Part shown: in pieces, positions 37,588 to 51,085 of the stretch
Position numbering within the stretch: position 1 is the first letter of the stretch
How the letters are laid out: the number at the start of each line of letters is the position of its first letter
Assembly: GCF_001194135.2 (NCBI RefSeq)
Contig: NC_068983.1
Span: forward strand, 141,620,342 to 141,684,341
Direction: 5' to 3'
DNA: 64,000 nucleotides
Origin: Octopus bimaculoides
Taxonomy: Eukaryota
Position numbers and translations under genes: made by a program
Notes under the pieces: generated by a model
The model's input: the letters and a program-made list of their open reading frames with translations, nothing else
Databases searched by the model: none
Told to the model about the DNA's origin: nothing

Positions 37588-37803
37588 CCCTTCAGCATTC
37601 AAATTACTCTGTCAAATGTAATGCTTACTTATTCACATTTTGAATTAATCATGCATTATCTCGTAGCTTTGGGATTTCAATTATGAGATTGTTTATTTTT
37701 AAAATGACATTGTAGGATAGGAGTGAGTGACTTCATTCGGTCAGTTTGAACATAAACAGGTAGAATATTTAGGCCTGGAAAGGCTGGCTTAAATGCTAAA
37801 GTG
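37588..37803. mobile_element. piggyBac-like MITE
   Basis: TTAA|CCCTTCAGCATT...AATGCTAAAGTG|TTAA; a related degenerate copy lies at about 47580-47810. Confidence 0.65.
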
Positions 37804-37857
37804 TTAAATAATGAAGTCGTAGCTGTTGGCTTCCTCTTTTCTAGACACTTTATACTT

Positions 37858-38065
37858 TTGTTGTTGTTTAGCCCGCAAGTCATCTCTGATCAAGCAGACG
37901 TATGATCAAAAGAATTCTAGATGTGACCATCCGGTCTTTTTGTATATCAAGAACTACACCATTGTCCAGTACATTTTGGTATCTCTCATAACAGCAGAGA
38001 TGTGGCCTAAGAGTGACACAACTGCCATCTCCACTATGTCAGATGACCACATAAAGACTTCCCAG
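37858..38065. repeat. Interspersed repeat family F (other copies near 1975, 4485, 5430, 25920, 26380, 38930, 39100, 40940, 43520 and 54120)
   Basis: Recurrent ttgttgtttagccc...tatgatcaaaggcattccag...gatttggctgctatttctagc blocks in both orientations. Confidence 0.6.
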
Positions 38066-38139
38066 CTTTTGCTCAACCTGAGCCAAGAGACTCACAATCA
38101 AGAGCACTCCAGATATTACACTCATGCCTAATCACTCAT

Positions 38140-38171
<32 letters not shown>

Positions 38172-38345
38172 ACTCTCTCTTTCTCTCTCTCTCTCACACC
38201 AAGCTACATGTATTTATGCATAAATATCCTCAAATCCTTCAATTTTTTCCTCCTTCCCAGAAGGTTGTAGGACATAATTTTAATGTTGCTTCGAGACAAG
38301 TTTAGCATCAGTGAAGCACTTGTTTTTTTATTAACTTGCCAAGGA

Positions 38346-38575
38346 ATCATCATCATCGTTTAACGTCCGTTTTCCATGCTAGCATGGGTTGGATGGATCG
38401 ACTGGTATCTGGGAAGCCAGGAGGCTGCACCAGGCAATGACCATGATCAGTTAGTGCTTTTTATGTGTCACCGGCACAAAAGTCAGTCAAGGCAGCACTG
38501 AAATCGACCACGTTCAGATGGTGCTTTTTATGTGCCACCGGCATGGGGATCACAACTACAATTTCCATTTGATTT
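38346..38575 (-). repeat. Family C retroposon, degenerate
   Basis: catcatcatcgtttaacgtccgttttccatgctagcatggg... Confidence 0.78.
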
Positions 38576-39407
38576 TCAGAAACAAATAATAAACTTGACG
38601 TATTGTTATTCTACTTTTATTTCTTTGAACATTTAACTTTTAGCTTTAAAAAGTAAAGAATAATTAGCAAAAATAAAAATGTAAATTTCCACCCCAGCAC
38701 ACTACCATAATCAAATCTAGAAAAGTAGAACTTTTTTTACATCTGGAGATGTAAATGTTAAATGTTATATATTAATAGTAAAAACACTTCTGTTTTGTTT
38801 TAATTTTTTTTTTTTTTTTTTGTAATAATATTTATAAAATCTTATCTTGCTTTCTTTAACATTTGATATTGAAATATCAAGATTTGTTACTGTGAATTTT
38901 TGTTAATCCCAAATCATCTCTGACTAATTAAAATTGTGATCAAAAACATTCTGCAACTATGCCATCTTGTCAGGAGTTCCCATACATTTTCCAATTTTTG
39001 TAGGCCAGTAGGGTGTAGTGTGAGAGATTTGGCTGTTATTTCTCATAGCTCCAGTGACCACACAGAGATTCCTTTGTTGGCTCAGAATGATGTTCAATAT
39101 AAACATTCTAGATACCTTTGTTACTATGTTACGTACTCTTTTGTTTGTATGAGAGGTATGGCATGTGAGAAAGGTGGAGTTGCTAGACCTATTAGATTAG
39201 TGATAACATACAAACCTACCTCAAAGCATATCCTACCATCTGAGAAAAGAAAAGGATACATTAATAATGCTGCCCAACACACCCTTGAAAAGATGGAATG
39301 GTCACAGTAGCAGCTGGGATGACATTGATCCTAAGTCTGTTTGGTGAGGGATGGCCTGAGCTGAATAATGGCTTTTGACAAATCTTCATTTCATAGTCGT
39401 ACATGAC

Positions 39408-39790
39408 TATGCAATTAAGAAGCTTGCTTCACAACCACATGGTTTCAGGCTCAGTCATTCTACACAGCACCTTGGGCAAGTCTCATCTACTACAGCCACA
39501 AGCCAACCAATGGTTGATAGAAACTTATACAAAATTGATAGAAACTGTAAGGTGGCAGGCAAGCTGGCAGAAACGTTAGCGTGCCGGGTGAAATGCTTAG
39601 CAGTATTTCGTCTGCCGTTACGTTCTGAGTTCAAATTCTGCCGAGGCTGACTTTACCCTTCATCCTTCTGGGGTCGATAAATTAAGTACCAGTTATGCAC
39701 TGGGGTTGATGTAATTGGCTTAATCCCTTTGTCTGTCCTTGTTTGTCCCCTCTATGTTTCGCCCCTTGTGGGCAATAAAGAAATAAGAAA
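39408..39790 (+). repeat. SINE family A head followed by a SINE family B copy
   Basis: aagaagcttgcttcacaaccacatgg..., then ggcaggcaagctggcagaaacgttagc at about 39551. Confidence 0.8.
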
Positions 39791-42700
39791 CTGTACGAAG
39801 CCCATAGTGTGTGGATAGAGGGTGTCTGTTTATATTTTGCTCTTCTGTAAAAATTTGTGATTGGGATACTTGCTGACTTTTCCTCAAAATATTTTCTAGT
39901 GGCTCTGTGTTTTCAAAGGCAAATAGAATTAAAACCCCCATACTTGAAAAATAGATGAAGGTTAGCAAATGGAAAAGACATTCAACTGTAAAAACAATGT
40001 CTCAGTAATATGGCCCATACTAACATTGAAAAATGAATGTAAAATGAATGAAAAAACAATCAAACAAACTTACCCAACTACATAAAGATCATTGAAGATT
40101 TAGCAGACTTATAAGAGAAATTGAACTCAGTACTGCAAGCTCAGTACTCTTGCGTTTTTTTACAGTATTAAACTATACACATAACTATTTATGACAGTGG
40201 TTTATAGTTTAGTATGGAGTTGATAGATCTAATAGTGTGTGTCCAAAATACAATTAGAAAATTAATGCAGTGAAGAGATGAGGACATAAGCTCAGTAGCT
40301 ATTAATTTTTTTCGTAAATATGTGAGACAACTCAAGTTATGTTTCAGTCGTTTTAGACCTCTTCAATAAAACATAGATTTTTTACCAAGCTTGCTAAATA
40401 AGAGAATAACGAAGTAAGGTTAAAGTTTTGTAAAATAAGTACTTAAAAAGTTGCTTTGGTTAATTATTGCTTCCATCCTCATTGAAAATTAAGGCAAGTA
40501 GAGATGAAAATATTTAAAACAGAACATCAAAAATCTGCTAATATTTGTGGTTTTTTTTATAATATTTAATATGTGGTGAATATACAGAAGAGAATTAGAA
40601 TAGTTGGATTTAAATGTGTGGGTTGTTGGTATAAGTGTAACAGATATGATCGGAATCTTTTTTTTTTCTTTTTCATTTGAATGACAATCCAACAAACTAT
40701 TAATCTGGAGAGCTACATTTTTAGATGCTAACAATCACTAACATTGATATTCTTTTTAAACAATTAATTCCTCTTATATCAACAAATAAGGCTTCAACAT
40801 GTGACAAAGTCTAATTTTATAGGTTATTGTTCACATCTGGCCCATACATATCTTAACTACCACATTTTTAGATTCTTCTTAGAATGACATGTTTCTGTTT
40901 GCCATCTCTCAGCAAGTAATGTTATTATTTATATTATGAGCCGATGAAGAAGACTCTAAGCAGCTGATCAACCTCCTAGAAATAAGAAACCAAATATCCC
41001 TCAAATCACACTTTACTGTCTTGAAAAGAACACATTAGATAATGTTATTCTTGATGCACTATCTGACTTGTTAGTTAATGCATACAAGCACTCCCTTGGC
41101 CAATGAGAGATGTCAGTGTTATTTCTAGCATACTGAATAAACCAGTGTTGAGACTCTCTTGTTTGTTTAAGAGTCAGTTTTTAGTTGAGGAAATGACTAA
41201 GTTTTAATGATAAGATAAAAGTAAAAATATCACAAGCTTTGGAAAGAGTGTTCGGTGATTCAGACAAAATTGTTTCTCAAGCACTTTTTTTTTTACTGAT
41301 TTTTAATACCTATTGTTTTTATTTTACTTAGTATAAATTATCAACAGTTCTCTTTAAATTCGATAGACCTTTGTACAAAGTTAATTTCATTTCATCAGCA
41401 GATAGTGTACTTTGTTTATGACTTAGTTTTTAACTGCTGCTAATGCTGCTGCTGCTACTACCCTGCTATTGTCACAGGTATAGCTGTGCAATTAAAGTTT
41501 TGAGTTCAATCCCACTGGACTATATGTTTTCAGAGGACCTTGTCAATGAAATTTGTTGGCTTGAAACAGTATTGAAATCCATCAGAGAAATCATTCCGGT
41601 TCTTGAGGAGTATACTTGTCTAACACCAACACCTAGTAACTTGGGGTGCCTTTTGCAGAGCTGAGTCTGCAAAAGCATTCAGGCTAGATCGTCTTAGAAC
41701 CTCACACTAATCTCAGAAACTCTTAATCAGGGGTTCTCAACCACATTTTATCTATGGACCCCTTTGGTTACTATTTTATTTTGGTGGACCCCATAGCCAT
41801 TCGATGTTTAAAAACTTGTTTTACAGAAACTTCTTTCAAAATTCCTATTTTGTTTTTCACACATTAACTTGTGTAGGCTGAAGTATGTAAAATGTTAGAG
41901 AAAGAAGCTGAGCTATTTCTTGCAATATACACCAATACATTCATCTAAAGCAAAATTTTTCAAGGGCCCTTAAAATTCTATTGTGGATCTACAGTTTACA
42001 ATTTTGCCCCAGCATGACCACAGTCCAATGACTAAAGTGAATAAAAAACTATTATTACTATTACCCACCTCAGCCATTGCATTCTGTGAACTAATACTCT
42101 GCTGGAGTAATGATGCTATGCCTGAATGACATGCAGGTTTCACTTTCCCAGTCTAGTAATTAGTATCAAGGGAAGGTATCAAGCAGTACAAAAAAACAGC
42201 TCTAGAAATATTCAAATGTTCAAAACAAGAAAAATGCAACCCACCATCATAGTTTAAAATTTTGATGTAAAATAGCAATGTAGAATGTCCTTACTTTGCA
42301 TAACAACATAACCAATCCTGTTTATTTCATATTATCATTATCTTTGAAGTATCCTGCTGGAAATTTTAAACTACTCCTCTTCCTCATAGTAAAATAATTC
42401 ATTCCACTTTCCACACTTTTAAAATTTATTATTTGCCATTACTGACCACTTCTAATTTTCCTGGATTTTCTATTTCATCAGTTTATAAATGTAAATTTTT
42501 TTCCCTTTGAAAATTTGATATTCTTACTAATTGTAAATCAAATTCTACTTTATAAAAATTCAAATACCATATATATCCATATTAAACATTTGTTTTAAAA
42601 AAAGAAGGAAGGTCTTTGACCAAAAGTAATAGCTGTGAAGAGTGACTGGTACAAGAACACAAATTAGAAAATTTGAATGATTTAATTTTAAAAGTAATGC

Positions 42701-43258
42701 AAAAGAATTTCTGTTAGTAAAGATTGTTTTCCTAGATTTCATCATCATTGTTTAAAGTCTACTTTTCTATACTTGCATGGGTCAGACAGAAATTGTTGAG
42801 GTGGATGTTTTACAGCCAGATTCCCATCCCGTCATCAACTCTCACCTGTGTCCAAGGAAGATAATATTCCCAATGACCAGACGTGTTTTTATGGAAGATT
42901 GGAAACAAAGGACACTGCCTGCCTGATAGTGACACTTATTTACGATTATCACATGAAACCAAAGGGAGGGGATAGGCACACACACACACACACATACAGA
43001 CGTACATATACACACAGACATGTGTGTGTGACAGCATCTTTCAATTTCTGTCTACCAATTTCTGTTACTATACAATTTATGTTTCCATTATTAAAATCAT
43101 AAAATATGATTCAAAGGAGATTTGATTAAATATTCACTAGTTGAGTGATCATGGAGAAGGATCCACCATTGACTTGAAGTTTCCTACTTGAATTTTGAAA
43201 GTGATAATCTTGTTTTATTGTTACATATTGCCATATCTGCCATTGTCTTTTCTTTCAG

Positions 43259-43457
43259 TTTTCACATCAACTTCACCACTGACTATGACGGCAGTAGCAT
43301 TGCTTTCCATTTCAACCCTCGAATTGGGGATGCCACTGTTGTTTGTAACTCATATGATGAAGGATGGGGTGATGAAGTGAGGGAAACTGAGAATTTTCCT
43401 TTCTTTGAAAGACAACGTTTCACTCTATGCATTGTTGCTGATGAAGATGCCTTTAAA
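43259..43457 (+). CDS. Galectin CRD1 exon b (FHINFTTDYDGSSIAFHFNPRIGDATVVCNSYDEGWGDEVRETENFPFFERQRFTLCIVADEDAFK)
   Basis: Canonical H-x-N-P-R, V-x-N and W-G-x-E-x-R sugar-binding motifs; tctttcAG acceptor and GTAAGC donor; 199 nt, phase 2 to 0. Confidence 0.96.
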
Positions 43458-44778
43458 GTAAGCACTAATAAACTTGATTACTTATTTCATTCATTGTTGT
43501 AGAAGATATTCAGTCAGCTTTTCTATGATTTCAATCAATGATTAGGTCTTAGTGAGCAAACAAGAGAATCCCTACATGGTGGCTTAACCTGCTAGAAATA
43601 GCAAATAAATTATTTCATGCCATGCCCAACTTAAAGCAAGGAAAACATGTTAGACAATGCAAAATCAGATACACATGAAAATTAGATATCATGACTGAAT
43701 GCCTCTGATCATAGACCAGCTTAATTCAGGCTGAGCTGGGATTAAGTAACAAGAACTGGACCATGTCTTAACTCTAGTTTCTGTTGTCTTAAGTGAAAGC
43801 GAGCCACATATTCCTCTGTTTATGCCACCAATCTATTACAGGAAACTTGTGGGAGCATCTGAAGTCAACACTGTAAACCTAACAAACTTTTTGAAGCCTG
43901 GTAGACTTATGATTGTGAGATGAGTGTCTTGGCCACTGGCCTCTTTACTGATTGTCTGGCATCTCATTAACTAATCCATACACATTGTCTGAACTAAATA
44001 CCTAAACATTAAATGCTTGTCATTTGGTCAACAAGTCATAATCAATGAAGTGGAATTCCTCAATGGTTGATTGGTTCTATTTATTAGACATCTGCCATCA
44101 TTGCCCTTACTGTTGAGTCACTTCTTTCACCCTCTCACCTTAGTTTGCTTTCTATTATTATTCTTTCTTTTATTCACCCTTTTAGATATGCTGCTTTGAA
44201 TTCATAGAGATAATGTAGAATAGTTAATACCTTTTAGTCTTGCATGATACAAGGCATCAAAACTTGTGCTAGCGTCACAATAAAATGCCTCCAGTACCCT
44301 CTGTAAACTGAATGTCAAATGAGTCAAGACTATTTTGTTGAGAAGACTTTTCAGTCCTGCTAAGGACATGAAACTCTTCTAGTTGTGGTAGAACTATAAA
44401 ATTCTCCCACTATACTCTATAAAATAGTTGGTATTAGAAAGGACATTAAGCCATAGAAACCATTTGAAAAATGGAATATGTGGGTACAGTATGGTCCTCT
44501 AACTTATTTAGGAGGACAGTACCTCCAAATTAAAACTGATTCAGACTGTAATAGTCTGTCCAAACCATGCCAGCATGAAAAACAGGTATGTGATAAGGAT
44601 TTTGACAGTGGTGATACACAAGGTAACTTATACTGGTAAAGAGAAAGAGTTGATTATATAAACCTTACTATTTGACTGATACCTATTTTATCAATCCCCA
44701 GTAGGATGAAAGATCAATTATCTGAATTACTGCATACCTCTACTTGAAATTGTTGTCTTGTGATTGTAAAATTTCCAG

Positions 44779-44898
44779 GTCTATGTCAATGGCACTCATT
44801 TCCTGAACTTCTACCATCGAATGTCATATGAAAATGTCAACTACTTGGCCATTGGTGACGGTGTGGAACTATATGAAATGATCATGAGGGATTCCTTG
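44779..44898 (+). CDS. Galectin CRD1 exon c (VYVNGTHFLNFYHRMSYENVNYLAIGDGVELYEMIMRDSL)
   Basis: V-x-V-N-G...F-x-H-R galectin motif; atttccAG acceptor and GTATGT donor; 120 nt, phase 0. Confidence 0.95.
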
Positions 44899-46219
44899 GT
44901 ATGTATATACTTTTTATAGACTTATTTGCTGTATATACATCTGTTTTCAGCTCTCTTGGTATGTACACATTTTGTAACAATACTTTGTACACAAAATTCT
45001 CTTAGACTCTGGTTTTCAAATTGCAAGTTTCAAAGTATACAAACCTAAATACATGTCAGTGAATATCTATTTAAGTGTGCATACACAGGCATGTTTCTGC
45101 ATCATATGTGCACATGCTTGTATGTGCATATGTTGTAAATATATCTGTGTATATGCATATGNNNNNNNNNNNNNNNNNNNNNNNNNNNNNNNNNNNNNNN
45201 NNNNNNNNNNNNNNNNNNNNNNNNNNNNNCATATGTTAATGTATGGCACCAGATAAGTGAAAGTAAGGTAAAAAAAATATATAAACATCCAGTCCATTGT
45301 GACATTTTGGTGGTAGAAACATTAGTTGGTGATTATGTCTGCTATACAAACTTCTTGTCCTTGACTCCTAAAAGAATGGAACTGAATCAGCCAATATACA
45401 CATGTTTGTTACACAATGTCACTGACTCCTGTTTAGGTTCTATCTTGCCTTTGCAATTATTTACAGATAAGTGGAGTGAGTCAAACTACGCTAGTTTTTG
45501 TTGAAATTATGACAGATATAATTAATACTTCAAGAATTCAAACTCAGAATGTTGAGAAACAAAACTTAATACAGTGAGTTTAATCAGTATTAACATACTT
45601 AATGTTGTCAGTGTCAGAAGTATAATTAGAGATGGTTATGTGGTGAAGAAAAGACAACAGTACTTCAGTACCTAATATTATTTTAATCATTTCAACAAGT
45701 AAGGAAGACCTCTTCAGACATTGCTTAGTCCTATTAGACTTCCTTGGTGAAGCATAGACCACATCATAGCCATCAAAGAATCACTAAGTAGATCTAATAA
45801 ATTGTACGTGAATAGGTATTAGAAGTTAAACTATTTTTAAAGCCAAATCTCCAAGAATGTTACTCAGGCACCATCATAAATGGCTCATTAGTTACTCAGA
45901 CACCTTCTGCATGATAAAACAATAATTAATAATTAATCGTAGAAGTTTTATTACGAAAAATTTGGAAATTTTGAAACCTTATTCAGGTACCATATTGAAC
46001 ATCTTCTAAATGATTTTCTTGTAACTATTTTGGTAAGTATGAAGTTTCAAGCATAGCTGGCAAAAGCTAGTGTAATTGGAACATGAAGAGTTGTTCCCCA
46101 TATTTATTAAAATGTTTGAGATAATGTGAATCATTGTGCTTATTTCTAATCAAATTTTTGGTGCACCCTTCATTAAACATGTTAACACTAATTTAATTTT
46201 GTTTTATTTTCTTATACAG

Positions 46220-46249
46220 AGGGTATCTCTTGGTGATGAATATGAGTGA
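46220..46249 (+). other. Candidate alternative terminal exon after CRD1 (RVSLGDEYE*)
   Basis: Strong pyrimidine tract ttttgttttattttcttatacAG at 46219; the phase-0 frame reaches TGA after 9 codons; AATAAA at 46611. Confidence 0.3.
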
Positions 46250-46310
46250 TTTATGTTTTATAGAATGTAAAGTATTCAGTCAAGCACTCAACTGTTTCTA
46301 TCCCTCCACC

Positions 46311-46381
46311 CACTAGCGTAGCTAGAGTGTGTACCGCCTGGGATGGACCACCCCACCCCCCACTCTCCAGCTACGCTAGTG
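46311..46381. mobile_element. 71-bp hAT-type MITE
   Basis: Perfect 13-bp TIR CACTAGCGTAGCT; 8-bp flanks cctccacc and cctctgcc, both derivable from cctcCGcc. Confidence 0.75.
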
Positions 46382-46657
46382 CCTCTGCCTGTCTAACTCT
46401 GGAAATAAGAGTTCACAAGCTGAGTCTACATGCCACTCAGCTCAGTTAATTTCATTTATGCTAAAATTAACTGATTTTACCTTTCATAAATTAACTAATT
46501 TTACCTTTCATAAACTATGAAATTCAGATAATCTTAATTGCCTTCTCTTAATTGCCTTCTCTTAATTGCCTTCTCTTAGTATATATGTTTGACAGTTTAC
46601 ATATGTGATTAATAAATTCTTTGAGTATAAGTCATTATTTTTGTTTCCTCTTCACAG

Positions 46658-46746
46658 AGAATCCCATACATTGGTGAAATAGCTGATCGTATGTCTATAG
46701 GTAAAGCTATAGAAATCAAAGGGGTACCAACATTTGATCATGACAG
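46658..46746 (+). CDS. Galectin CRD2 exon a (RIPYIGEIADRMSIGKAIEIKGVPTFDHDR)
   Basis: ttcctcttcacAG acceptor and AG|GTAAGC donor; 89 nt; IPY...I...G..I.I.G.P pattern. Confidence 0.93.
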
Positions 46747-48084
46747 GTAAGCATAAAGTAGCATTTAGAAACGTTAAAGCTCTTTTCATTAGAAAACACT
46801 CAAGAAAGTTGTGTAGGTTGTATTTCTTGAAATGCCATCCAATTGCAAAATGATACAATACACTTCTTGGCAGTCTGAACTGGGAAAATAATTTCTTGAT
46901 TAGAAACAATGGTCTAAATTACTTTCAAATATGAGGTATTGAGCTGACAGAATCATTAGCATGCCAGTTCAAATCCTGCGGGGATCAACATTACCGTTCG
47001 TCCTTTCGGGATTGATAAAATATGTACTAGTTGACCACTGAAGTCGATGTAATTGACTATCCCACACCCCCACTGCCTCAAAATTGCTGGCCCTATGGTA
47101 ATTTCTGTTGACAAAGATACTCAAACGTTTTTCATAATGTTTGTTGATTTGTTTCTATTTATTTATTTGATATTTTAACAGATGACATTTTAGGCTTTTT
47201 TTTTCTTTTCTTTTTTTTCTTTTTTTGCATCATTTATGTAAAATTGAAGGTTCCAGCTGGCTGGCCATGTGCTGAATTGTTCAATGAAAAGTCAACAGTT
47301 TGTATACTTTTCAAAACCACAGTTTTCAGATAACTAAAGTACCAAAGAAAACCAATTTAACTTTTAATGGCTATGCTTAGTTTACTATAAATAAATAATT
47401 AACGATTTAGGTCCACCTTTATATTCAGTACAGTAGGGGATGAATATAATGCAGTAGAGATGGAATACAAGACACTATACCAAATTATTTTAAATCATTT
47501 TTAAGACCATTATATCAGATAATTAGTCATAATTTTTAATATCACATTTTTAACTTGTGTTTTATGGAATTAGCCTGTAACTCTTTAACATTCAGATTAT
47601 TCTGTTAAATGAAATGCTTATATGTTTATTTAATCACATTGCTTTGAATTAATAGTGAATTATCCCATAGTTTTGAGATTTTAATGATATGATTGTTTAA
47701 TTTTACAATGACAATGTAGGGTAAATGTAAGAAGCTGGATCTGACCAATCTGAACAAAAAAAAAGCATAGAATATTTGGGCCTGATATGGCTGATATGAA
47801 GGCTAAAAAATCTAATTTATAACTAGAAATAGTTGACTTAATGGTTTCCATGAAAAAAAATATAGAACAAAGCTAAGAGTGAAGAATCCTCTACAAGCTG
47901 GCAGAACAAAATAGTTGCAGCATTGTTGAAGTGGTTAATGCTGCACTGGCTCGGTGTAGAGACTGCATAATAATAAGGCAAATAGTACAGGCCAAAAAAG
48001 AATAGAAACTGAGCATTCCCTGCTAGCTTCAATGTTATTCAGTGCCAAAAAATGCCGAAACTGTTGATCTCCAGACTTCTGGCA

Positions 48085-48395
48085 CTCCATCAGTAATAAC
48101 AATGTAGGTTTCAGTTGATCCAGTCAACAGATCACCCTTCTCATGAAATTGACTTGCAAGTGGCTGGGCACACCACAGACACACATGCCCTTAGTACAGT
48201 TCTCAGGGAGATTCAGCATGACACAGAATGTGATAAGGCTGGCCCTTTGAATTACAGGTACTACTCATTTTTGCCAGCTGAGTGGACAGGAGCAATGTGA
48301 AATAAAGTGTCTTGCTCCAGGAAACAACATGCTGTGAGGAATTGAACTCGTGACCTTCTGATCTTGAGTTGATTACCCTAACCACTAAGCCACAT
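48085..48395 (-). repeat. SINE related to family D
   Basis: Shares the gaaattgacttgcaagtggctg...cacagacaca...gacacagaatgtgataaggctggccctttg body; tRNA-like head on the minus strand. Confidence 0.7.
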
Positions 48396-49218
48396 ACCAT
48401 ATACATAAACACATGCTCATACACTATGTGTATGTGGATAATATATTGCTGAACTACCCTATCTCAGCCCATATCTCTGCTTGTTCCAGTTTATCCCCAC
48501 CTTTACAATCTGCATACAGAGAAACAATTGTCCTTATAGGGTTAAAAAATATAAATTAGCTAGAGCAAGGAGACAGAGAAAGAGACAATCAAAATGGACC
48601 AGAGATGAATAACTTTCTTTCATGTTTTTACATGTCAGTTGGTTTGAACAACTAGTCCCTTCTTCTCAGATCAATAGCCTTGTGCCTAAAAAAAGCTATT
48701 ATTACTGTTGCTATTTTATTTTTTATATTGTTATCGTTATCATTATTTTCATTAGCATCTTCTTTCAATTCTGTTTCCATTTCTTAACCGAGTGTCTTCC
48801 TTACGCTCTAGGGTAGAGAAACGTACTGTGTAGATTAGTAAGCTATTAAAACAAATACACCAGATTGTTCATTTACAGAATCATGTGATAGGGAAAAGAG
48901 GAAGACAGCGAGAAAAAGGAAAAATAGAAAATAGAAAAGTATCATTATTATTATTATTATTATTATTAATAGAAATGATAGTGACAGACTGACTACTTCT
49001 TTGTCTTTAATTGCATCTCTTATTCTGCCAAAGGCAGAATTTGCTGTTCCCTCTTCCAGGATTTTAATAAAAGCAGTACCAGTAATATCAATTCAGTCAT
49101 ATGTAACCCTGTTTCAGATGTTATGATCTTATGCCAATGTGGAAAATCACTACAGTGGTTGTCAATATCATTATTATTTGCCTGTTTATTTATTTTTGTG
49201 TAAATTCTTTGTTTTTAG

Positions 49219-49236
49219 TGGCACCGATGCTGTAAG
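49219..49236 (+). CDS. Candidate alternative 18-nt microexon in CRD2 (adds SGTDAV before the R of RFSINI)
   Basis: Long U-rich tract ending ttctttgtttttAG, then TGGCACCGATGCTGTAAG, then GTAAGA. It is symmetric (phase 2-2), has no stop, and lies in the phase-2 intron 46747-52365. Confidence 0.55.
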
Positions 49237-49690
49237 GTAAGATATTTGTGTCTCAGCTTCCAAGTATAAGTCTTCACTTGCTGGAATGGTACAGTCAGAA
49301 GCATGCAAATATTAATAGCCAGTTATATTTGCAGGACACTGGATGCTGACAATTTCATCTTTCTCATTCATTATCTTCAAATATATCTTTGTCTTCTTGC
49401 ACATATTTTCACTGCTTAAGCTAATCTCACGCAACATAGTAAGACAAACCGAAATAATTTATTTTTGTAGCATGAATAAGATTGTCTTTAGAGGAAAAGG
49501 TTGGGCGGGGCCGCAATGTTACCAAAGCCATTTTTTTTTGTTTTTTTTTACACAGTTGAAAAATAAAACTAATGTTCCTGACCTGCTTTGAGTTCTTGAC
49601 TTATTGCACTTATGAAAAGTATGAACATCGCAACATTCAGTTTACACCATCTTATAAAATTGCTCTGCAATTAGAAAAGACAGAACACAA

Positions 49691-49851
49691 GGCATGGCTG
49701 TGTGGTAAGAAACTTGCTTCCCAACCACATGGTTCTGGATTCAGTCCCACTGCGTGGCACCTTGGGCAAGTGTCTCCTACTATAGCCTCAGACTGACCAA
49801 TGCCTTGTGAGTGGATTTGTTAGATGGAAACTAAAAAACAAGCCCGTCATG

Positions 49852-49883
<32 letters not shown>

Positions 49884-50094
49884 TGTATGTGTCTGTGCTT
49901 GTCCCCCACTATCACTTGACAACTGATGTTAGTGTGTTTATGTCTCCATAACCTAGAGGTTCGACAAAAGAGACTGATAGAATAAGTACTAGACTTACAG
50001 AGAATAAGTCCTGGGATCGATTTGTTTGACTAAAGGCAGTGCTCCAGCATGGCCACAGTCAGATGACTGAAACAAGTAAAAGAATAAAAGAATA
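49691..50094 (+). repeat. SINE family A, full length, CpG-decayed
   Basis: tRNA-like head, (TATG)n middle and gaaacaagtaaaagaataaaagaata tail. Confidence 0.88.
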
Positions 50095-50874
50095 TTAGCT
50101 TGATCCTTTATTTTGATCAGAAAAGAAAGTTAGGGGCAGGGCAAAATTTTTATTAAGACTTAACATGGATTTGCAGAGGAGAGTGGATCTGATTTTTGGC
50201 AAGAACAGAGACAAGAATTAATCACTAAGCCAATATAATTCCTTTTCTCTTCACTGCTGATGTAATTTTAATTAAAAATTTTTGAGCTGTTTATGTTAGC
50301 CTGTACTTAACTATTTGTTTTCTGCTCAGAAGTCATACTGGGTAAATTTCTCAGTCATTCATCCTATCAGTGAAAACAAATTTTGTTAAAACTTGCACAT
50401 GCTGTCTAAAAACACTTAAACATAAAATTAAACTGCAAAATATGCATCTAGTAGTGCTTCTGTACAAATGAATGCATATGTATATATATATATATTACAA
50501 TGGCTGCTGCATGTGTAGATAGAATGCAAGATTAAATGCAAGGTTGAACATATTATTGTCAGTATATCCATATTTGATTGCTTTATGATGTTTTTTTCCT
50601 TGTATCTTTTTATTATTTCTAAAGTGAATGCCTCTAATAATAGTATATATATCTATATATATCTGGCAATCTGTGGGATGGGGGTTTTGGATATAAATTC
50701 TTTGTTAACTATGCCTTGATCATTTTTGTTGCTGTATAGCTCCAGATCAGTCTTAAATGAGATCTATGATCTAAAGCATTGATGTCATGAGTATTTCATT
50801 TTATTTTTATTTTTTTAAATGGTGATAAAATAGGGCACCCTTGCCTACACATTATTTAATGTGCCCAAGACAAT

Positions 50875-51085
50875 GAGCTGGCAGAATCATTAGCACACTG
50901 GGCGAAATTCTTAGCAGTATTTCGTCTATCTTTATGTTCTCAGTTCAAATTCCACTGAGGTCAACTTTGCCTTTCATCCTTTCGGGGTCAATAAATTAAG
51001 TACCAGTTGTGTACTGGCATCGATCTAATCGACTGCCCACCACCTTCCAAAAATTTTGGGCCTAGTGCTTAGAGTAGAAAAGATT
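50875..51085 (+). repeat. SINE family B, CpG-decayed
   Basis: gagctggcagaatcattagcacactgggcg...; same layout as the copy at 19489. Confidence 0.85.
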
